Shown: positions 1 through 10,191 of the stretch, piece by piece
How the letters are laid out: each line of letters begins with the position of its first letter
Position numbering within the stretch: the stretch's first letter is position 1
From: an uncultured Pseudomonadota bacterium
Lineage (GTDB): Bacteria > Pseudomonadota > Alphaproteobacteria > RF32 > CAG-239
Assembly: GCA_949298065.1 (NCBI GenBank)
Contig: CASFUZ010000005.1
Span: forward strand, 2,139-66,138
Reading direction: 5' to 3'
DNA: 64,000 nt
The notes under the pieces: generated by a model
Told to the model about the DNA's origin: nothing
The model's database searches: none
Seen by the model: only the letters and a program-made list of their open reading frames with translations
Translations under genes and position numbers: made by a program

Positions 1-632
1 AAGCGCGCTTTACCAACCAAATTTTCAAAAGGCACAAACCCGACATCAAAACGACTATCGTTAGACTTATCGCGGTTGTCCCCCATCACAAAAAAACTTC
101 CCTGAGGTACGGTAACTTCAATCGTGTTATCGGAGCCTTCGCTGTCCGAAACTTCTATAATCCGGTGCGTAAAGCCCTCGGGCAAAACCTCTGTATATTG
201 ACGAAATCGCTCGGCATTACCGGCGGCATCGCGGATAACAAAATCGCTGTCATTTTTGCGCTCAACCACTTTGCCGTTAATATACAAGCGACCGTCTTGC
301 ACTTTGACCTTATCGCCCGGCAAGCCGATAATGCGCTTAATGAAATCGGTCTTATTATCTTGCGGAAACTTAAAGACAACCACATCGCCGCGTTCCGGCA
401 TATCCGCCCAAATACGTCCGCTGATTAGGGGCAAAGAAAACGGCAAAGAATGTTTGGAATAACCATAAGTGTATTTTGACACAAACAAATAATCACCGAC
501 ATAAAGGGTCGGATACATTGAGCCGGAAGGAATTTTAAACGGCTCAAACAAAAAAGTACGGATTAAAATTGCAATAACAATAGCATAAATCACCGTTTTA
601 ATCGTATCGGCCAGGCTCTCTTCTTTCTCCAT
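1..632 (-). CDS. lepB: Signal peptidase I (LepB), C-terminally truncated by window edge
   Basis: My minus-strand translation starts MEKEESLADTIKTVIYAIVIAILIRTFLFEPFKIPSGSMYPTL..GDNRDKSNDSR, with the S26 catalytic SGSM box and GDNR box. ATG at 630-632. Conserved lepB-acpS neighbourhood. Confidence 0.85.
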   Translation of the reverse strand, partial: MEKEESLADTIKTVIYAIVIAILIRTFLFEPFKIPSGSMYPTLYVGDYLFVSKYTYGYSKHSLPFSLPLISGRIWADMPERGDVVVFKFPQDNKTDFIKRIIGLPGDKVKVQDGRLYINGKVVERKNDSDFVIRDAAGNAERFRQYTEVLPEGFTHRIIEVSDSEGSDNTIEVTVPQGSFFVMGDNRDKSNDSRFDVGFVPFENLVGKAR

Positions 633-754
633 TACAAAACCTCATAAACCAATTGTTTAACCTACTGTTATTTTAGAGAAAAACACCGCTTATGCCTTTT
701 TCTAAAATAACGCTCATATACTAGTCATTATTTTAATTATATCAACCCCAAAGT

Positions 755-1159
755 TTAAATAATTTCAATAATAACAAAGGCCTGTGCCCAAGGATAATCA
801 TCCGACATAGAAACATAAACTTGCGCTTGTCTGTTTTGACAGATTTCATCCAACTTCTTTTTAGCACCGTTATAAAGATGCATTTCCGGTTTGCCGCTCG
901 GCTGATGCACAATCTCAATATCTTTCATAAACACACCATCACGAAAACCTGTTCCCAAAGCCTTAGTGCAAGCCTCTTTAGCCGCAAAACGCTTAGCTGC
1001 AGCACAAGCATATTCTCGCGGCGAAAGTTTTTTGCGCCGCGCGATTTCGGCTTTTTCGGGCTCAGAAAATGCCCTATCCAAAAATCTGCTGCCAAACTGT
1101 TTCAGAGTTTCTTCTAACCTATCAATATTTGCCAAATCACAACCGATTCCAACAATCAT
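755..1159 (-). CDS. acpS: Holo-[acyl-carrier-protein] synthase
   Basis: 134 aa. MIVGIGCDLANIDR N-terminus is typical of AcpS 4'-phosphopantetheinyl transferase. Sits between lepB and spoT as in other alphaproteobacteria. Confidence 0.85.
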   Translation of the reverse strand: MIVGIGCDLANIDRLEETLKQFGSRFLDRAFSEPEKAEIARRKKLSPREYACAAAKRFAAKEACTKALGTGFRDGVFMKDIEIVHQPSGKPEMHLYNGAKKKLDEICQNRQAQVYVSMSDDYPWAQAFVIIEII

Positions 1160-1178
1160 ATTTCACCCTCATTTATTG

Positions 1179-3329
1179 TTATTGTGCGGCACGAGCCACA
1201 TAAGAAATTACCTTAGATGCCTTAAGCGCGGCAATAATATCCGTCAAATGCTTCAGGTCTTTTACCTCAACATCAACTAAAATCTCAAAATAACTAATTG
1301 TTCGGTTGATGATATTTAGGTTGGCAATATTACCGTTATTCCGCGCAATCAGATTTGAAAGCTCGGCCAAAGTTCCGGGTTCGTTTGCGAGCATAATCTT
1401 CAAGCGGCCGGTGTGCATTTCGTTTTCTGCTTCTTCGCCCCAAGCAATATCCAACCACCGCTCCGGCTCATCGGCATATTTCTCTAAAGCCTTACAATCA
1501 ATCGTGTGCACCGCAACACCTTTTCCGGTTGTAACAATACCGACGATTCTGTCTCCGGGCAACGGATGGCAACAACCGGCAAAATGCACGGCCATTCCCG
1601 GAATAAGACCTTTAATTTTAAGCGGTTCTCCTTTGCCTTTTTTCGGCTTAACCAATTTCTTAAAGCTCGGCAGCTTAACCGACTTAACCACTTTTTCCAG
1701 CTTAGATTGCTTATAACCGGGGTATACTGCTTTCAAAACATCCCAGCCGGTAACAATTCCCTCGCCGACTTTGGCATAAATATCATCAATCGTTTCCGCC
1801 TCAAAGTTCGGCAAAACATTAACCAAACCTTTTTCCGAAAACTCCAAACTTTCACCCTTAAACAACCGCTCCAAAATCTCTTGCCCGAGCGTAATAAATT
1901 GCTCGCGTTTATAAGCACGAACATAACGTCTGATAGCCGCCTTGGCCTTGCCCGTAACCACAAAGCGCTCCCATTCTGTTGAGGGGTGCTGTGCTTTAGA
2001 GGTCAAAATCTCAACCTGATCACCATTTTGCAAAACCGTTCTTAACGGACGAATTTCACCGTTGATTTTTGCGCCCACACAAGTATCACCGACCGAAGAA
2101 TGCACGGCATAAGCAAAATCAACCGGTGTTGAATTAACCGGCAAACCGATAAGGTCTCCTTTAGGCGTAAAGCAAAAGACCTGGTCGTTATACATCTCAA
2201 GTTTGGTATTTTCCAAAAACTCTTCCGGATTTGAGGCTTGTTCCAAAATCTCCAACAATTCTCTAATCCAGCGGAAGTTTTTACCTTCGGCTTTTTGCCC
2301 TTGCTTATAAGCCCAGTGCGCCGCCACACCTTTCTCACCGATTTCGTGCATTTCGTGTGTGCGGATTTGAATCTCAATACGCGTATTTTCCGGACCGATA
2401 ACTCCGGTATGGATAGATTGATACCCATTGGGCTTCGGTGTGGAAATATAATCTTTAAAGCGGCGCGGCACCATATGATACTTGCTGTGAACAATACCCA
2501 AGGCCTGATAACAAGTTGCCACGTCATCAACAATAATGCGGAAAGCCATAATATCGGAAAGTTGCTCAAAAGAAGCATTTTTCTGCTGCATTTTGCGCCA
2601 AATGGAATAAGGCGTTTTTTCTCTGCCGGAAACAACGGCCTTAATACCGTTTTCTTCCATATCTTTTTGCAACTGTTCAATAATCTTCGGCACCAGATTG
2701 CTGTCTTTTTCGCGCAAGAAGTTCAGACGTGCCACAATAGAATCATGCGCTTCCTTATGCAACTCGGCAAAAGCAATTTCTTCCAACTCGCTTTTGACCT
2801 CCTGCATACCGATACGCTCGGCCAAAGGCGCATAAATATCCAAAGTCTCGCGCGAAATACGCGCTCTTTTTTCCGGCGCGCAAAAATGCAATGTACGCAT
2901 ATTATGCAAGCGATCAGCCAACTTAATCAGCAAGACGCGAATATCTTCAGACATAGCAAGCAAGAGCTTACGGAAATTTTCAGCTTGCTTGTTGTTGGCT
3001 GACTTTTGTTCAATCTTGGCCAACTTAGTCAGGCCATCAACAATCTGCGCCACTTGGTCGCCAAAAAGCTCGCGCACTTCCTCAACCGTTGTATCCGTAT
3101 CTTCCACCGTATCATGGAGCAAACCGGCAATAATGGAAACTGAATCCAACTTAAATTTTGTTAAAATACCGGCCACTTCTACCGGATGCGAATAATAAGG
3201 GTCGCCGGAGGTTCTAAGCTGAGCGCCGTGTTTTTTCATAGCAAACACATAGGCGCGGTTTAATGCATCTTCATCGGCATCCGGGTCATAGGATTTGACC
3301 AAATCAACAAGTTCATACTGTCTTAACAT
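1179..3329 (-). CDS. spoT: Bifunctional (p)ppGpp synthetase/hydrolase (RelA/SpoT homologue, Rsh)
   Basis: 716 aa. HD hydrolase region (HDTVEDT), RelA/SpoT synthetase region, TGS and ACT-like C-terminal domains. Conserved position next to rpoZ. Confidence 0.9.
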   Translation of the reverse strand: MLRQYELVDLVKSYDPDADEDALNRAYVFAMKKHGAQLRTSGDPYYSHPVEVAGILTKFKLDSVSIIAGLLHDTVEDTDTTVEEVRELFGDQVAQIVDGLTKLAKIEQKSANNKQAENFRKLLLAMSEDIRVLLIKLADRLHNMRTLHFCAPEKRARISRETLDIYAPLAERIGMQEVKSELEEIAFAELHKEAHDSIVARLNFLREKDSNLVPKIIEQLQKDMEENGIKAVVSGREKTPYSIWRKMQQKNASFEQLSDIMAFRIIVDDVATCYQALGIVHSKYHMVPRRFKDYISTPKPNGYQSIHTGVIGPENTRIEIQIRTHEMHEIGEKGVAAHWAYKQGQKAEGKNFRWIRELLEILEQASNPEEFLENTKLEMYNDQVFCFTPKGDLIGLPVNSTPVDFAYAVHSSVGDTCVGAKINGEIRPLRTVLQNGDQVEILTSKAQHPSTEWERFVVTGKAKAAIRRYVRAYKREQFITLGQEILERLFKGESLEFSEKGLVNVLPNFEAETIDDIYAKVGEGIVTGWDVLKAVYPGYKQSKLEKVVKSVKLPSFKKLVKPKKGKGEPLKIKGLIPGMAVHFAGCCHPLPGDRIVGIVTTGKGVAVHTIDCKALEKYADEPERWLDIAWGEEAENEMHTGRLKIMLANEPGTLAELSNLIARNNGNIANLNIINRTISYFEILVDVEVKDLKHLTDIIAALKASKVISYVARAAQ

Positions 3330-3430
3330 TGCAACCTTATTATTCTAATCAAAAAAAACTTCCATCCAATCCTGCTTTGATAGCTATTTTATACTATAAT
3401 TAAAAAATTAACAATTACTTTAAACCAGCA

Positions 3431-3459
3431 AAAACCCCGCAGATTATGCGGGGTTTTTC
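3431..3459 (-). terminator. Rho-independent terminator downstream of rpoZ (palindromic, bidirectional)
   Basis: aaaaccccgcagattatgcggggttttt: GC stem CCCCGCA/TGCGGGG flanked by A and T runs on both strands. Confidence 0.7.
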
Positions 3460-3482
3460 CAAGATTTTTTATGATATTGATT

Positions 3483-3974
3483 TTATTCTTCATCAAAACC
3501 ATCGGCGACATCATCACCCATATCAAAACCGTCATCCATTCCGGCTTCGTCATCAAGCGAAATATCATCATCACTACCGGCATCAGCAGCGTCCAAGTCC
3601 AAAACATCGTCATCATCACCGCCATGAACCTGCATACCATCAGCCATTTCGCCATCAAGCAACAAACCGGAGAACTGCTCGTCCAAATCAGCCAATTCTT
3701 TTTCAGCAGCCATAATCTCAAGCTCTTCTTCTTCCGGCTCCTCAACTTCAACATATTTTTGCAAGCCCATAACCAGAGATTTTTGCAATTCTTCAATGCT
3801 GACTTTTTCTTCTGCAATCTCACGCAAAGCAATCACCGGATTCTTGTCATTATCTCTTGCAACCGTAATCGGTGCGCCGGAGCTGATATCTTTTGCTCTC
3901 TGAGCTGCAACCATCAACAACTCATAGCGATTCGGAATTTTATCAACGCAGTCTTCAACTGTAACACGAGCCAT
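3483..3974 (-). CDS. rpoZ: DNA-directed RNA polymerase subunit omega with long acidic C-terminal extension
   Basis: [30 protein letters not shown] is the canonical RpoZ N-terminus. Residues ~90-163 are a poly-acidic tail ([44 protein letters not shown]). Confidence 0.85.
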   Translation of the reverse strand: MARVTVEDCVDKIPNRYELLMVAAQRAKDISSGAPITVARDNDKNPVIALREIAEEKVSIEELQKSLVMGLQKYVEVEEPEEEELEIMAAEKELADLDEQFSGLLLDGEMADGMQVHGGDDDDVLDLDAADAGSDDDISLDDEAGMDDGFDMGDDVADGFDEE

Positions 3975-4068
3975 TTTCTTTTACCTTTTTTAATAAGTTA
4001 AATCAATTTTTTAAGTGTTATAAGCTCAAATAAAACCAAATTGCAAGAAAAAAATATTCAAAATCAAC

Positions 4069-5445
4069 CTAAGCCGCTGATTTTAGGCAATTTAATCTTG
4101 CATAAATTTTTACGGGCAATTTATCAATATCCCCTGCCCCCATGGTTATGACGATTCCTTTGAAATCTGAAGAAGCATTCACAATCTCTTCTTCGCTCAT
4201 CAATCTTACGGGAACACTAATCTTATCTAAGATAATATCTGACGTAACATTCGGAATGGGCTTCTCACGCGCCGGATAAATATTCATCAAAATAACTTCA
4301 TCAGCCAAAGATAAGCTGGCTGCAAACTCCGGTGCAAAATCTTTGGTACGGGAATATAAATGCGGCTGAAAAATAACCATCAAATGCTGTTGCGGCCAAA
4401 TTTGGCGAACCGAGCGCAGTGTTGCCTCAATCTCTTTGGGATGGTGAGCATAATCATCAATCAAAGTCAACTTTTCGTCAGCTAAGATAATATTAAAACG
4501 CCGATGCACACCCTTAAACTCGGGCAAAGCTTTTCTAATCTCTTCTTCGGTAACACCGCAGTCTAAAGCAACCGTAATCGCCGCTGTCGCATTTTCCACA
4601 TTAACCATCCCCGGCACACCAAGCTTCAAATCAAAAATATCGCCATTCTTGCCATGATAATCAAAAGTATACAATCCGTTTTCCAAGCGTAGATTATCCG
4701 AATAAAAATCAGCCTTACCGTTTAGGCAATAATAACCGTCAACTTTATGACGTTTAATTTCCAAGCCTTGTTTAATAAAGAGCTTTCCACCCTCCACAAT
4801 TTTTTCGGCAAAATCCTCAAAAGCAGCCAAAATACTCTCTCTGCTGCCGTAAATATCCATATGGTCAGCATCCATAGAAGTAATAATTGCTTTCTCTGGG
4901 TTAAGAGTCAAAAACGAACGGTCAAACTCATCAGCTTCAATAACAATATAATCCGATGTTGTGTCCACCAACAAATTTGTGCCAAAATTCTCGGAAATTC
5001 CACCCAAAAAAGCGCTGCATTTAATCTTAGAATTATGCAAAAGCCACGCAAGCAAAGTAGAAGTTGTGGTTTTTCCGTGAGTCCCGGCCACACATAAAGC
5101 CTTTCCCGCTTGCGACAAAAGCCCCAAAACCTCAGAACGCTTATGCGGCTTCATACCATTTTCAATAAAGAAATTAAGCTGCTTGTTATCTTGCGGAATA
5201 GCCGGCGTATAAACCACCAATGTCTGCTCTTTATTCCGATAAACTTCGCTGATTTCCGAAACCTCATCAGCATAATTAATTTCAATACCTTCTTCTGAAG
5301 CCATTTTTTCGGTCAAAGCCGTTTTTGTGCGGTCATATCCGGCAACATTATAGCCCTTAACCTTAAAATAACGAGCCAATGCACTCATACCGATACCGCC
5401 GATACCGACGAAATATACATTTTTTATATTATCTAAAATCGTCAT
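4069..5445 (-). CDS. murC: UDP-N-acetylmuramate--L-alanine ligase
   Basis: 458 aa. VYFVGIGGIGMSALA N-terminal Rossmann motif and GTHGKTTT P-loop of Mur ligases. Length and C-terminus fit MurC. Confidence 0.85.
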   Translation of the reverse strand: MTILDNIKNVYFVGIGGIGMSALARYFKVKGYNVAGYDRTKTALTEKMASEEGIEINYADEVSEISEVYRNKEQTLVVYTPAIPQDNKQLNFFIENGMKPHKRSEVLGLLSQAGKALCVAGTHGKTTTSTLLAWLLHNSKIKCSAFLGGISENFGTNLLVDTTSDYIVIEADEFDRSFLTLNPEKAIITSMDADHMDIYGSRESILAAFEDFAEKIVEGGKLFIKQGLEIKRHKVDGYYCLNGKADFYSDNLRLENGLYTFDYHGKNGDIFDLKLGVPGMVNVENATAAITVALDCGVTEEEIRKALPEFKGVHRRFNIILADEKLTLIDDYAHHPKEIEATLRSVRQIWPQQHLMVIFQPHLYSRTKDFAPEFAASLSLADEVILMNIYPAREKPIPNVTSDIILDKISVPVRLMSEEEIVNASSDFKGIVITMGAGDIDKLPVKIYARLNCLKSAA

Positions 5446-5446
5446 T

Positions 5447-6778
5447 TTATTTTAACTTTCTTACTTCTTCTTTGAACATCTCACCGCGATGCTCATAACT
5501 CTTAAACAAATCAAAGCTGGCACAGCAAGGCGAAAGCAATACAACATCGCCTGATTTTGCATGAGCCTTCGCTGCTTTAACCGCATCTGCCAGATTATTA
5601 GTATCTACCACTTCGCAAATCGGCGAAAAACTTTCAATCAGTTTTTCGTTATGCAGGCCCATACAAATCAATGTCTTAACTTTAGCCTTAACCAAATCAA
5701 ACAACACGCTATAGTCGTTTCCTTTGTCTTTGCCGCCCGCAATCCACACAACCGGCGCAGTCATACTATCCAAAGCATACCATGCGGAATCAACATTTGT
5801 GGCTTTTGAGTCATTGATATAAGTAACACCGTCTTTGACCAAGACCGTTTCCAACCGATGCTCAACCTGAGGGAATGTCCTTAAACCTTCGGCGATTTTC
5901 TCGTTGCTTACACCCAAACGCATACATGCCAAAACAGCGCACATAGCATTATAAACATTGTGGCGGCCCTTAATGGTAATCTCGTTTTTATCAATAACGA
6001 ACTCTCGGCCCGATTCTCTTGCCACCAAGTTGTTGCCGTCCATATACGCCGCGCATTCACTTTTGTCAAGATAGGTGAAGGGCGCTGCTTGGGGCACAAT
6101 ATTCAAACTTGCAACCTTTTCACGCACGACATCGCTGTCATAACCATAAATAAACAGATCATCTTCTCGCATATTCTGCAAGATACGAAACTTTGAGTTA
6201 ATATAATTTTCAAACTTAAAATCATACCTGTCCAAATGATCCGGCGTAATATTAGTCAGAACGGCTACATCTGCTCTGAAATCATACATTCCGTCCAACT
6301 GAAAGCTGGATAATTCAATCACATATAAAGGATGCGCATTTTCAGCCACTTGTGCTGCCAGAGAGAAACCGACATTTCCGGCCAAACCGGCATCAACACC
6401 GGCCACATCCAAAATATGTTTGGTCAGAAGCGTTGTAGTTGTCTTGCCGTTGCTTCCCGTAATGCAACACATTTTAGCCGAGCTGTTGCGTCCGGCAAAC
6501 TCAATTTCCGAGATTACTTCTATCTTGCGCCGATGCAACTCTTCCACCACCGGATTATTTTCAGGTATTCCCGGACTTTTAATCACCAAATCGGCATTAT
6601 AAATTTTATCAAGGCTATGTTGGCCTTCCTCAAACTCAATCTGATTTTTAATCAAAACCTCACGATATTTGTCAGACAAATTTCCTTTATCCGATAAAAA
6701 CACTTCATGTCCGAGCTTTTTAGCCAGCAAGCAGGAACCTGTCCCGCTTTCGCCGCCGCCCAACACAACTGTTCTCAT
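5447..6778 (-). CDS. murD: UDP-N-acetylmuramoylalanine--D-glutamate ligase
   Basis: 443 aa. GSNGKTTTT P-loop. C-terminal VVLLSPCCASFDLFKSYEHRGEMF matches the MurD C-terminal signature. A 1-nt gap to murC suggests co-transcription. Confidence 0.8.
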   Translation of the reverse strand: MRTVVLGGGESGTGSCLLAKKLGHEVFLSDKGNLSDKYREVLIKNQIEFEEGQHSLDKIYNADLVIKSPGIPENNPVVEELHRRKIEVISEIEFAGRNSSAKMCCITGSNGKTTTTLLTKHILDVAGVDAGLAGNVGFSLAAQVAENAHPLYVIELSSFQLDGMYDFRADVAVLTNITPDHLDRYDFKFENYINSKFRILQNMREDDLFIYGYDSDVVREKVASLNIVPQAAPFTYLDKSECAAYMDGNNLVARESGREFVIDKNEITIKGRHNVYNAMCAVLACMRLGVSNEKIAEGLRTFPQVEHRLETVLVKDGVTYINDSKATNVDSAWYALDSMTAPVVWIAGGKDKGNDYSVLFDLVKAKVKTLICMGLHNEKLIESFSPICEVVDTNNLADAVKAAKAHAKSGDVVLLSPCCASFDLFKSYEHRGEMFKEEVRKLK

Positions 6779-6806
6779 ACTTTTCGTCCCTGCTAAAAAA
6801 TCCTGC

Positions 6807-8048
6807 TTAATACAACACTAAAATTGGAGCATTACCTATAAATCTATTGTTGTCAATAATCTTTCTTCTAAGTTCACCCCTATTTTTTCTGGTTTCCAAA
6901 ACATCGCTCATCGGAGCTTTATACATCGCCAAAATTGCTTCCACCGTTTCACGCTGCAAATCACCAATCCTTGTCCCTCCGATATCGCGCAAAGCATCAT
7001 GCACGCCTTGTTTATATAACAAAATTGAAGCCATAACACTCCGTGTCAGCATAGAAACCCTATAAGCTTTAACTGTCTTATCACAAGTATAGGCCCAACC
7101 TTCAATATCAAACCCATCTGCATTAATAAGCTTTGAAAATTCACGTTCCAAACCGGCATATTTAACCTTTTGCACCAACCTCTGACAAGGATTAACCAAA
7201 TCCTTAAGCATACTCACCTGTGTTCCCTTGCCCTGCTCTTTCTCCCACATATCAATCAATGTACCGGCTGTATTTATTCTGTCATAAGTTTTCAAATCTT
7301 TGGTAAAAGCATTAACCCTATCCAATGTTCCGACAAAAGCCTTCACATCGGCAGAAGTCAGCGGACTATTAAGGGTTGGTTCAAGCGTTCTGATATCGCT
7401 TAACGTAAGCTTAGTTTGCTTCGGGGCATCTGGATAAAACATTTCTTCAGGAACCATAGCATTGATTTTTTCAAAGAACTCTGGATTATGCATAACCTTT
7501 GCTTTGGTTGAAGGCAAAGGAACCTTTTCAATTGTTCGCCGATAATCGGGCCAACTTTCCGGCATCAAAACATAATAAAGATATGGCGAAACAAACTCCA
7601 AATCTTCAATTCCTTCAAGCTCTTTAGCGATTCTTTTAGGAAACTGATTTTTGGTTTCTTTAATCCCCGGCATATTCAAAATTTTTTCAGGCATATTCGG
7701 CACCGTATGCAAATAAGGTCCGATATATTGATAATACTCCGGCGGAATAACCGATAACATAGCAATCAAATCATCTTCATGCACATTTTTAAGACGTTTT
7801 TCCGTTTGTCCGTAATAATCAATCGTCACCCGAAACACATTATCAAAAATATTCCCAATATCCCAATGATAGTCATATTTACGGTCAACGATTTGGTTCT
7901 CTTTCACAAACTTTTTGAGCATTTCCTCATAAGGCGGCAGCTTTTCATTCATATTCACGGAAAAATCAGGCTTTTTATCCAAAGCCGCCTTCGCTCCAAA
8001 GCTCATCAGAGCGCTCAATATCGCCGATATTAAAAATATCTTTTTCAT
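6807..8048 (-). CDS. Secreted hypothetical protein (signal peptide)
   Basis: 413 aa. N-terminal MKKIFLISAILSALMSFGAKA signal peptide. No recognisable catalytic motif. 4-nt overlap with upstream ORF suggests an operon. Confidence 0.5.
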   Translation of the reverse strand: MKKIFLISAILSALMSFGAKAALDKKPDFSVNMNEKLPPYEEMLKKFVKENQIVDRKYDYHWDIGNIFDNVFRVTIDYYGQTEKRLKNVHEDDLIAMLSVIPPEYYQYIGPYLHTVPNMPEKILNMPGIKETKNQFPKRIAKELEGIEDLEFVSPYLYYVLMPESWPDYRRTIEKVPLPSTKAKVMHNPEFFEKINAMVPEEMFYPDAPKQTKLTLSDIRTLEPTLNSPLTSADVKAFVGTLDRVNAFTKDLKTYDRINTAGTLIDMWEKEQGKGTQVSMLKDLVNPCQRLVQKVKYAGLEREFSKLINADGFDIEGWAYTCDKTVKAYRVSMLTRSVMASILLYKQGVHDALRDIGGTRIGDLQRETVEAILAMYKAPMSDVLETRKNRGELRRKIIDNNRFIGNAPILVLY

Positions 8049-9490
8049 AATGCCGTAATTCTGCTTTTAAAGGTCAAAACTTTTTCGCCGTTTGCCGGAA
8101 TTTCCACATGCCACAAAGCTGTTGAAGCATTTTTCTTTTCGCTGGCTTGGCTTTCCGCAACGATTTCCCAATTACCGCTAAATGTCTGCTCAAAATCAAC
8201 ATTAACCGATTCGCCTTTGGCATTTTTAAAGGTTATTTCAAAATCCGCTTCAAAACTTTCTTTACTCAACTTTGTAACATTGCGAAGTTTGCCGTTAAGC
8301 ACCACATCAAAAGATTTTCCTGAGACAAGTTCAGCTTTTCCGCCTTTTGCAAGCTGCGGAAAAGAGCTTTCCCCGACAAACAGCATATTTCCTTTAGCGT
8401 CTTTTTCATAAAGACGTACCACACCTTGCGGCAAAGGCAAACCCAAACCGCTTGCTTCCGAATTTGTCAGCTTAAACACCACTTCGGGATGATTGTTTTC
8501 AAACTCATTTTCACGCAAATTTAAGCCCGCATATAAAGGAGAAGTTGCTTTATAAACACGGTCAAAACGCACATTTTCCTTTTCAAACAAACTAATCTGC
8601 TTAGACTGATTATTTTTAACATCCACACGTTTGGGCAACTCATACAAATAATAATCGCCCAAAGCTTCGGGAACAATACCGCCAACAGCATTTTCAGGCA
8701 AAGAGGCATCGGATACGGCTGCTTTCATAGACAAGGCATACATTCTAGGCATAGCAACAGGTTGCACAGTATTAACACTTCCCGACACGAGCTGCACGGA
8801 AGCCTTTTCAAAATCGGCACCGGATTTATTATCAATCGTAACCCAGCCATTGAGGTTCATAACATTATCTTTTCCGACCTCAGCCACATAAGCGGCATTC
8901 CACTTAATCCCGTTTGTCAAATATGCAAGCTGCAACTTCTTTTTTCCGGGAGTTTTATTACGCAGACGCATATCAAGCGTTGGTTTGGTTATCAAATTTT
9001 TCGGTAATTTTTCATAAATAATACGCCCAGGGAATTCCGTTTCAACACCATAATCAAATTGCAAAACAGGACGGCAACTAACACTATCAATTATTTTGGC
9101 GGTATTAAAAATATCTTTTCCCGTTTTTTCATCAAAACGAGCGGTTTTAACGGTTTCACCGACCATATTTTCCACAAGATTACAAGAGTTCAAAAGGTTA
9201 TAATTATAGTTTTGTTCTTTAACACTAACTCCCTCTCCCGTAAGCATGGCACTTTCGGGATTAATCTGCTCAGGCACTCCTTGAAACGCAATCAGGTTAC
9301 TACCGCGTTCAAGTTCTATTTCACGCACATCCCTAACAAAACCCATACCATTGTTATAAATACTGATTGCCATATTCACAGATTTATCGGCATCTATTAC
9401 AATTTTATTGTTTTCGGCACAAGCAACGGAAGCGGAAAGGAAGCCCAAAGAAACAGATAAAAACAAAACATTAACAAACTTTTTTTGCAT
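8045..9490 (-). CDS. Secreted hypothetical protein, possibly DUF4139-like
   Basis: 481 aa. Signal peptide MQKKFVNVLFLSVSLGFLSASVACA. Weak resemblance to DUF4139 family proteins. Overlaps the downstream gene by 4 nt. Confidence 0.4.
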   Translation of the reverse strand: MQKKFVNVLFLSVSLGFLSASVACAENNKIVIDADKSVNMAISIYNNGMGFVRDVREIELERGSNLIAFQGVPEQINPESAMLTGEGVSVKEQNYNYNLLNSCNLVENMVGETVKTARFDEKTGKDIFNTAKIIDSVSCRPVLQFDYGVETEFPGRIIYEKLPKNLITKPTLDMRLRNKTPGKKKLQLAYLTNGIKWNAAYVAEVGKDNVMNLNGWVTIDNKSGADFEKASVQLVSGSVNTVQPVAMPRMYALSMKAAVSDASLPENAVGGIVPEALGDYYLYELPKRVDVKNNQSKQISLFEKENVRFDRVYKATSPLYAGLNLRENEFENNHPEVVFKLTNSEASGLGLPLPQGVVRLYEKDAKGNMLFVGESSFPQLAKGGKAELVSGKSFDVVLNGKLRNVTKLSKESFEADFEITFKNAKGESVNVDFEQTFSGNWEIVAESQASEKKNASTALWHVEIPANGEKVLTFKSRITAL

Positions 9491-9644
9491 TTAATAACCC
9501 CTTACAACATAATTTTTGACCAATATAACCCATAAAATTGCAAAAAAAAAGTGATAAAATGTTAATATTGCTAGACTCGGTAACAATATTTTCATAATAT
9601 CGGGATATATATTGAATAAAGCTAAAGTTTTAAGGAGAAAAAAC

Positions 9645-10154
9645 ATGGCATGGACAGAACAAATGGTTGAAGACCTGAAACGGATGTGGGCGGAAGGATT
9701 AACCACAGGCGAAATAGGCAAACGTTTGGGTGTTTCCAAGAACTCCGTTGTAGGGAAAGTTCATCGTCTTCAACTTTCCGGCCGTCCATCGCCGATAAAA
9801 AAGAAGGATAGTCCTACAAAAGAAACTCCAGCTCCATCCAAACCAAGCAAAGCGGAGAAGCCAACACAGCCAACACAGCAGGTAAGCAAATCTAAAGAAG
9901 AGAAAGCCCCGCAGAAAAAGGAAGAGATTGAAGAACTCATTGTTTCTACGTCCATATCAACAGCAGAGCCCAAAGCACAATCACGATCTTCCGGCAAAAC
10001 GATGCTGACAGATTTGGATAATCACACTTGCCGATGGCCGATTGGCGACCCCAAAGATGAAAATTTTCATTTCTGTGGCAAAAAAGTCAAAATCGGACAG
10101 ACCTATTGCGAAGAACACGCCAATATCGCTTATGTTAAACCCGGCAAAAAATAA
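9645..10154 (+). CDS. gcrA: Cell-cycle transcriptional regulator GcrA
   Basis: MAWTEQMVEDLKRMWAEGLTTGEIGKRLGVSKNSVVGKVHRLQL is the alpha-specific GcrA N-terminal DNA-binding domain. Conserved C-terminal box HTCRWPIGDP...FCG. Start ATG at 9645 is preceded by aaggaga. The ORF-track start at 9612 is probably too far upstream. Confidence 0.85.
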   Translation: MAWTEQMVEDLKRMWAEGLTTGEIGKRLGVSKNSVVGKVHRLQLSGRPSPIKKKDSPTKETPAPSKPSKAEKPTQPTQQVSKSKEEKAPQKKEEIEELIVSTSISTAEPKAQSRSSGKTMLTDLDNHTCRWPIGDPKDENFHFCGKKVKIGQTYCEEHANIAYVKPGKK

Positions 10155-10191
10155 TTTTTAGCAGACCTCAAATATAAGGACTTTGTATATT

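Noticed and set aside
2042-3002. 212-aa (-) and 254-aa (+) ORFs inside spoT
   Set aside because: Alternative-frame or antisense ORFs fully embedded in the 716-aa RelA/SpoT gene. They have no motif support and low-complexity composition.
3389-4001. ORFs 3389-3832 (-), 3446-3715 (+, His-rich [11 protein letters not shown]) and 3471-4001 (+)
   Set aside because: They overlap rpoZ. The His-rich reading is the antisense of the GAT/GAC-rich acidic tail codons of rpoZ.
9491-9644. Looked for full CtrA boxes (TTAA-N7-TTAA) and GANTC methylation sites in the gcrA promoter
   Set aside because: Only partial half-sites were seen by eye (e.g. TTAA-N7-TTAC at 9491). This is not enough to call a regulatory site without a systematic scan.
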